Assembly: GCA_964247135.1 (NCBI GenBank)
Contig: CAXTTL010000174.1
Span: forward strand, 1-10,382
DNA: 10,382 bases
Direction: 5' to 3'
Source of the DNA: an uncultured Deinococcales bacterium
Lineage (GTDB): Bacteria; Deinococcota; Deinococci; Deinococcales; JAAFIG01
Under the pieces are notes generated by a model. That model was not told the DNA's origin and ran no database searches. It saw only the letters and a program-made list of their open reading frames with translations. How positions within the stretch are numbered: position 1 is the first letter of the stretch; each line of letters starts with the position of its first letter. Both the position numbers and the translations under genes were made by a program. Positions 6,828-10,382 of this stretch are shown here, piece by piece.

Positions 6828-9800
6828 TTAAAGTGTCAGCAGGTCGCGGTTTTTCTCGAGGAATGACTTTTGCAATTCAGGGAAATCATTGAGGGTTGCC
6901 GCCATCTCGAGCACAAGTTTTTGGGCAGATTGGCTCACCTCGAGTGCTTTTTCAAGTTTCCCTGTTGTTTCAAGCGCAAAGGCGAGCACCCGACGCAACT
7001 CGAGGGTTTCAAGGGTTTGCACCTTGACCGAAACCCGCTCCAGTGCTTGAGCAATCATTTCATCGGTCAAACGATTTAGGACTGTCAATGCCCGAAGTTC
7101 GGTGGCTTGTAACCAAACGACATAGCGTTCTGCCTGCGGTTTGGTCTCGAGCACGCTCAGGGCTTGGGCTGGTTGATCCAACATCAAATACGCCTGCGCT
7201 TTGTACAGCAACTCGAGGTCGTGATCGTCGGCATTTGGGTTTTCGGTCTGGGTTTCCAGCAAAACCTGCAATGCCTCGAGCGGTTGGTTTTGGAGCAGCA
7301 GCCTTTGGGCGCTCAGGCAGCAACTCCAGGCGACAAATTCGCCGTGTTCAGCTTCGATCAGGGTCGCGGCGCGTTGCAAATATGGTTCAGCGCCCAACAG
7401 GTCATTGAGGTTCATGTGAAGTTCTGCCAGGTTCAAGCCGCACAGGATGACTTCATGAAGCAAATTTGCAGCTTCAGCCGTCTGAAATGCGTTTTGGTAG
7501 GCAGCCAAAGCTTTGCCGTATTGCCCTTGTTCTTCAAAAATCGTGCCGAGCGTGTTGTACGCCTGGCTTCGCAGGTGCGGATTGCGATCTGCGCCAGGTA
7601 ACGTCAGGCTCTCTTGAAGCTGCGAAATGGCTGCTTCGGTTTTGTTCAGGCGGTTGAGCGCTCCAGCCAAATTGATCAGAATGTGTTGTTGATGCTTTAT
7701 TGCACCCGTTTCTCGTGCCAAATGAAGGGCTTGCTCGAGCAGTGCTTCAACTTCGGAACTTTCCCCCAGCCGCCAATGGATTGAAGCCAGGTTGGTCAGC
7801 ACGACAATTTGATTTTTGGTATTGCCAATCTGCTCGTTCAGGGTTTTGACAAACCGAGTATGCAGCAGCGCCTGCTCGAGATGCCCTTGTTGCAAGGAAG
7901 TCTCCTTTAAGAGACCATGCAGTTGCGCTTGCATGGCGGGATTTGGTTCGTGATTTGAGTTTAGTGCTACTTGGGCAACCTGTTCTGATTCGCTCAATTG
8001 TCCAAGTCGCAGGAGGGCGAAAGCACACTCGTACTGCGCTTGGATGCTGAGATCGGCAGGCAGGTCAGTCAAGGATAAGATCGTTGTTGCCAGTTGCCTG
8101 GCTTCCTGATAACTGCTTTGCGCGTTGCAAGTTTGGCAACGAAAAAGCGTCACGATTGCCTGAGCCGTGCTTGTGCCAAGTCGCTGACTCAAGCGCTCGA
8201 GTTCAAGGATTTCAAGTTCAAGTTCTGAAATCTGGTTGAGTGTCAACCAGATTTTGGTACGGGCTTCGTGAATCTTGAAAGCCACCTCATCCATTGCATT
8301 GTCCTCGAGCGCCTTGTGGTATTGCTCGAGGGCTTCTTGGTTCGCATACACTTTTTCTGCCGCTTCTGCCGCCTTCACCCGCCACGTCACAGCCTCGAGC
8401 TTTAACCCCGCTTTCTCGAGATGATTTGCAATTTGTGCGGGTTGAGAAGCGGTTTTCTCGAGACTCGTTGCCAGTTTTTGGTGCAGCAATTTCTTGCGCT
8501 CGTTTGAGAGGTTTTCTTCAATCGAAGATCCTATCAGGTCGTGCGCGAACTTGTAACCTTCAGAGAACGGCTCGAGGATTCTGGCTCGAATCGCGTTTTC
8601 CAGCCCTTCCAGTCCTTCCCATTCGTTTAAGGCTGTCGCGCCCTGAAGCGTCTCAAGGCTGAAACCGTCACCGGTCAGGCTTGCAGCCTCCAAAAGTCGT
8701 TGCGAGGGCGCTCCCAGGCTTTTGACGCGACGAAGCACGGCATCGCGGACGCTGGGCGGGATGGGCAGTTCGGCGTAATCGCTGGTTTCATTGTCGAACG
8801 GCGTGATCCAACCGCCACTCGAGTCCAGTGTCAAAAGTTCAGTGTCGAATAAATTTCGGATCGTCTCGAGCGCAAAGAACGGGTTGCCGCCCGTGGCATG
8901 GTGAAGGCGTTTGGAAAAAAGCGTTGCGCCATCCGCACCAGAAAGTCCGCGCACCAACTCGAGCACATCGTTTTCGGCGAGCGGCTCGAGTTCGATCAGC
9001 ACAGCTTGACCGCTGGCGACGAATTGTTCGATCATGCTTTGGGTATCGGCTTGCAAATCGCCGCGCCTGAAGGCGGCAATCAAGTGCTTGCCGCCAGTTC
9101 CCAAAAAGCGCTGCGAGGCGTACAAGCCCAACTCGAGGCTTGCGGCATCAAAAAACTGCATGTCATCGCTGATCAGGATTGGCAAATCGCGCAAAACCAG
9201 CATCACCAGTTCGACGAAGGCGTTAAAAAACCGCAGGCGCTCTTCAAGCGAACCAATCAGTGGCGGCGGTTCACTCGAGAGTGTTGGCAGCAACCTCGAG
9301 AGTTCACGCTTGACCCAAACGGGCAATTCGAGCCTCGGGTGTGCCTCGAGTAAATCTGAGATGGTACGGATTGCGGTGGAATACGGCGCGAGGCTGTCGC
9401 CTGGTCGTCCGGTGTTCTGATGAAATGCGCCCTTGGTGGCGGCAAACTCGAGCATCAACCGTGTTTTGCCAACCCCAGGTTCGCCAGAAATAAAGATCAG
9501 TTGTCCCGCACTCCAGGCGGCTTCCATTTGCGCCCACGCCTCAACCCTGCCGACCAGAGGCGCGGTGCGTGGCAGCAACAACGCCTGACTCGAGACTCGA
9601 GTTTGCGCTTGAGGCATCAGGGTTTGCGCCGCCCGAATTTGCCTTGCCAGTTCCAGCGTTTCTGGCAGAGGCTCGAGCTTGAGTTCGGTATTCAGAATGA
9701 CCTTGAAGCGTTCAAATTGCTCGAGTGCCGCCTCGCGTTCGCCCAGCAGGTAATGCAGCCGCATGATTTCACGGTGTTGCCGCTCTTGAAGTTCGTCCTG

Positions 9801-10364
9801 TTCGAGCAATTTTAAATGCAGTTCGAGCGCCCGCCGCCATTCACCGCGAACCTCGAGGCGTTCGGCGAGATCGAGCATGGCTTTTTTGTAGAGTCGCTCG
9901 AAAAACCCGCGTTTGACTTCCAGCCATTCGTCAAAACCGCTCGCGCCCGAAAGCGCTAAACCCTCGAGCAAAACACCCTTGTACATTTCGAGCGCCGTCT
10001 CGGGGTCATCTCCAGCGACCGCATTTAAGAATGTTTGAGCATCGCTCGAGAATGGCTCAGCCAAACGCAGGTCATCACCCACCGATTCGCAACGCCCCTC
10101 GAGTTGTGGGGTTTTGGTTTTCAGGCGGTGCAACTCACGACGCAAATTGCGCCGCGCCGAATCCTCATCCAGATCGCTCCAAAGTAAACCCACCAGCTTA
10201 CTTCTGGGGGTCGAACCTTCAAGCGCCAGGTACGCCATCAGGGCGAGCACTTTTTTGAACGATAATTTTAATTCCTGGTCATTCAAAACCAGTCGAGCCG
10301 AACCCAAAAAATGACTCTCGAGCGCATTGTGCGGCGTCATCTCGAAGTCTGGCTTCAGCGACAT
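6828..10364 (-). CDS. SARP-like transcriptional activator: N-terminal wHTH + BTAD, STAND/AAA ATPase, C-terminal TPR array, 1178 aa
   Basis: FLGSARL..KVLALMAYLAL..RSKLVGLLW..ARRNLRRELHRL (SARP wHTH). ALEMYKGVLLEG..FDEWLE..LLEQDELQERQHREIMRL..ELKLEPLPET (BTAD). LVGR, Walker A GEPGVGKT (about 9485-9462), Walker B LISDDMQFFD, TGGNPF (STAND GxP), FAHDLI, then TPR-like helices such as AYNTLGTIFEEQGQYGKALAAYQNA. Confidence 0.93.
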   Translation of the reverse strand: MSLKPDFEMTPHNALESHFLGSARLVLNDQELKLSFKKVLALMAYLALEGSTPRSKLVGLLWSDLDEDSARRNLRRELHRLKTKTPQLEGRCESVGDDLRLAEPFSSDAQTFLNAVAGDDPETALEMYKGVLLEGLALSGASGFDEWLEVKRGFFERLYKKAMLDLAERLEVRGEWRRALELHLKLLEQDELQERQHREIMRLHYLLGEREAALEQFERFKVILNTELKLEPLPETLELARQIRAAQTLMPQAQTRVSSQALLLPRTAPLVGRVEAWAQMEAAWSAGQLIFISGEPGVGKTRLMLEFAATKGAFHQNTGRPGDSLAPYSTAIRTISDLLEAHPRLELPVWVKRELSRLLPTLSSEPPPLIGSLEERLRFFNAFVELVMLVLRDLPILISDDMQFFDAASLELGLYASQRFLGTGGKHLIAAFRRGDLQADTQSMIEQFVASGQAVLIELEPLAENDVLELVRGLSGADGATLFSKRLHHATGGNPFFALETIRNLFDTELLTLDSSGGWITPFDNETSDYAELPIPPSVRDAVLRRVKSLGAPSQRLLEAASLTGDGFSLETLQGATALNEWEGLEGLENAIRARILEPFSEGYKFAHDLIGSSIEENLSNERKKLLHQKLATSLEKTASQPAQIANHLEKAGLKLEAVTWRVKAAEAAEKVYANQEALEQYHKALEDNAMDEVAFKIHEARTKIWLTLNQISELELEILELERLSQRLGTSTAQAIVTLFRCQTCNAQSSYQEARQLATTILSLTDLPADLSIQAQYECAFALLRLGQLSESEQVAQVALNSNHEPNPAMQAQLHGLLKETSLQQGHLEQALLHTRFVKTLNEQIGNTKNQIVVLTNLASIHWRLGESSEVEALLEQALHLARETGAIKHQQHILINLAGALNRLNKTEAAISQLQESLTLPGADRNPHLRSQAYNTLGTIFEEQGQYGKALAAYQNAFQTAEAANLLHEVILCGLNLAELHMNLNDLLGAEPYLQRAATLIEAEHGEFVAWSCCLSAQRLLLQNQPLEALQVLLETQTENPNADDHDLELLYKAQAYLMLDQPAQALSVLETKPQAERYVVWLQATELRALTVLNRLTDEMIAQALERVSVKVQTLETLELRRVLAFALETTGKLEKALEVSQSAQKLVLEMAATLNDFPELQKSFLEKNRDLLTL

Positions 10365-10369
10365 GCTCT

Positions 10370-10375
10370 AGATTA
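10370..10375 (-). promoter_or_regulatory. Possible -10 hexamer TAATCT for a leaderless regulator transcript
   Basis: TAATCT agagc ATG, with no SD in the 18 nt visible upstream. The spacing is slightly short and the context is cut by the window edge. Confidence 0.4.
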
Positions 10376-10382
10376 CTCGAGA

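Larger units (their letters stand above)
178..10381. repeat. Dispersed, highly iterated palindrome CTCGAG (about 72 copies)
   Basis: Hand count about 72, or one per about 145 bp, against about 2.5-3 expected for a random hexamer. Present in all five genes, in all intergenic regions and in more than one reading frame. Confidence 0.9.

Noticed and set aside
1880-10314. Remaining short plus-strand and alternate-frame ORFs, including 2933-3703 (256 aa)
   Set aside because: They overlap well-supported minus-strand genes and show no recognisable motifs.

Overview
Bacterial DNA with five co-oriented minus-strand genes. In transcription order they are: a 1178-aa SARP/BTAD + STAND-ATPase + TPR transcriptional regulator; a papain-like (C1) peptidase lipoprotein with three C-terminal Ig/PKD-like domains; a small exported DUF3558-like protein; a stand-alone, atypical SufS-like PLP enzyme; and a large modular lipoprotein (ZU5-like, Ig-like, DUF1565-like) that runs off the window edge and is missing from the ORF track. 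The main unannotated signal is a promoter cassette in front of all three exported-protein genes but not the cytoplasmic enzyme. It is an identical 18-bp direct repeat AGCAACG-ctcg-AGCAACG (11-bp period), then exactly 10 nt, a -10-like hexamer, exactly 7 nt and GGAGG. This looks like the regulon of the adjacent SARP-STAND activator. Two of the three promoters also share a second upstream dyad. The palindrome CTCGAG occurs about 72 times by hand count, against roughly 3 expected, which resembles a HIP1-like iterated palindrome, and it also forms the centre of the operator. A Deinococcota-like origin is plausible but is only an inference.
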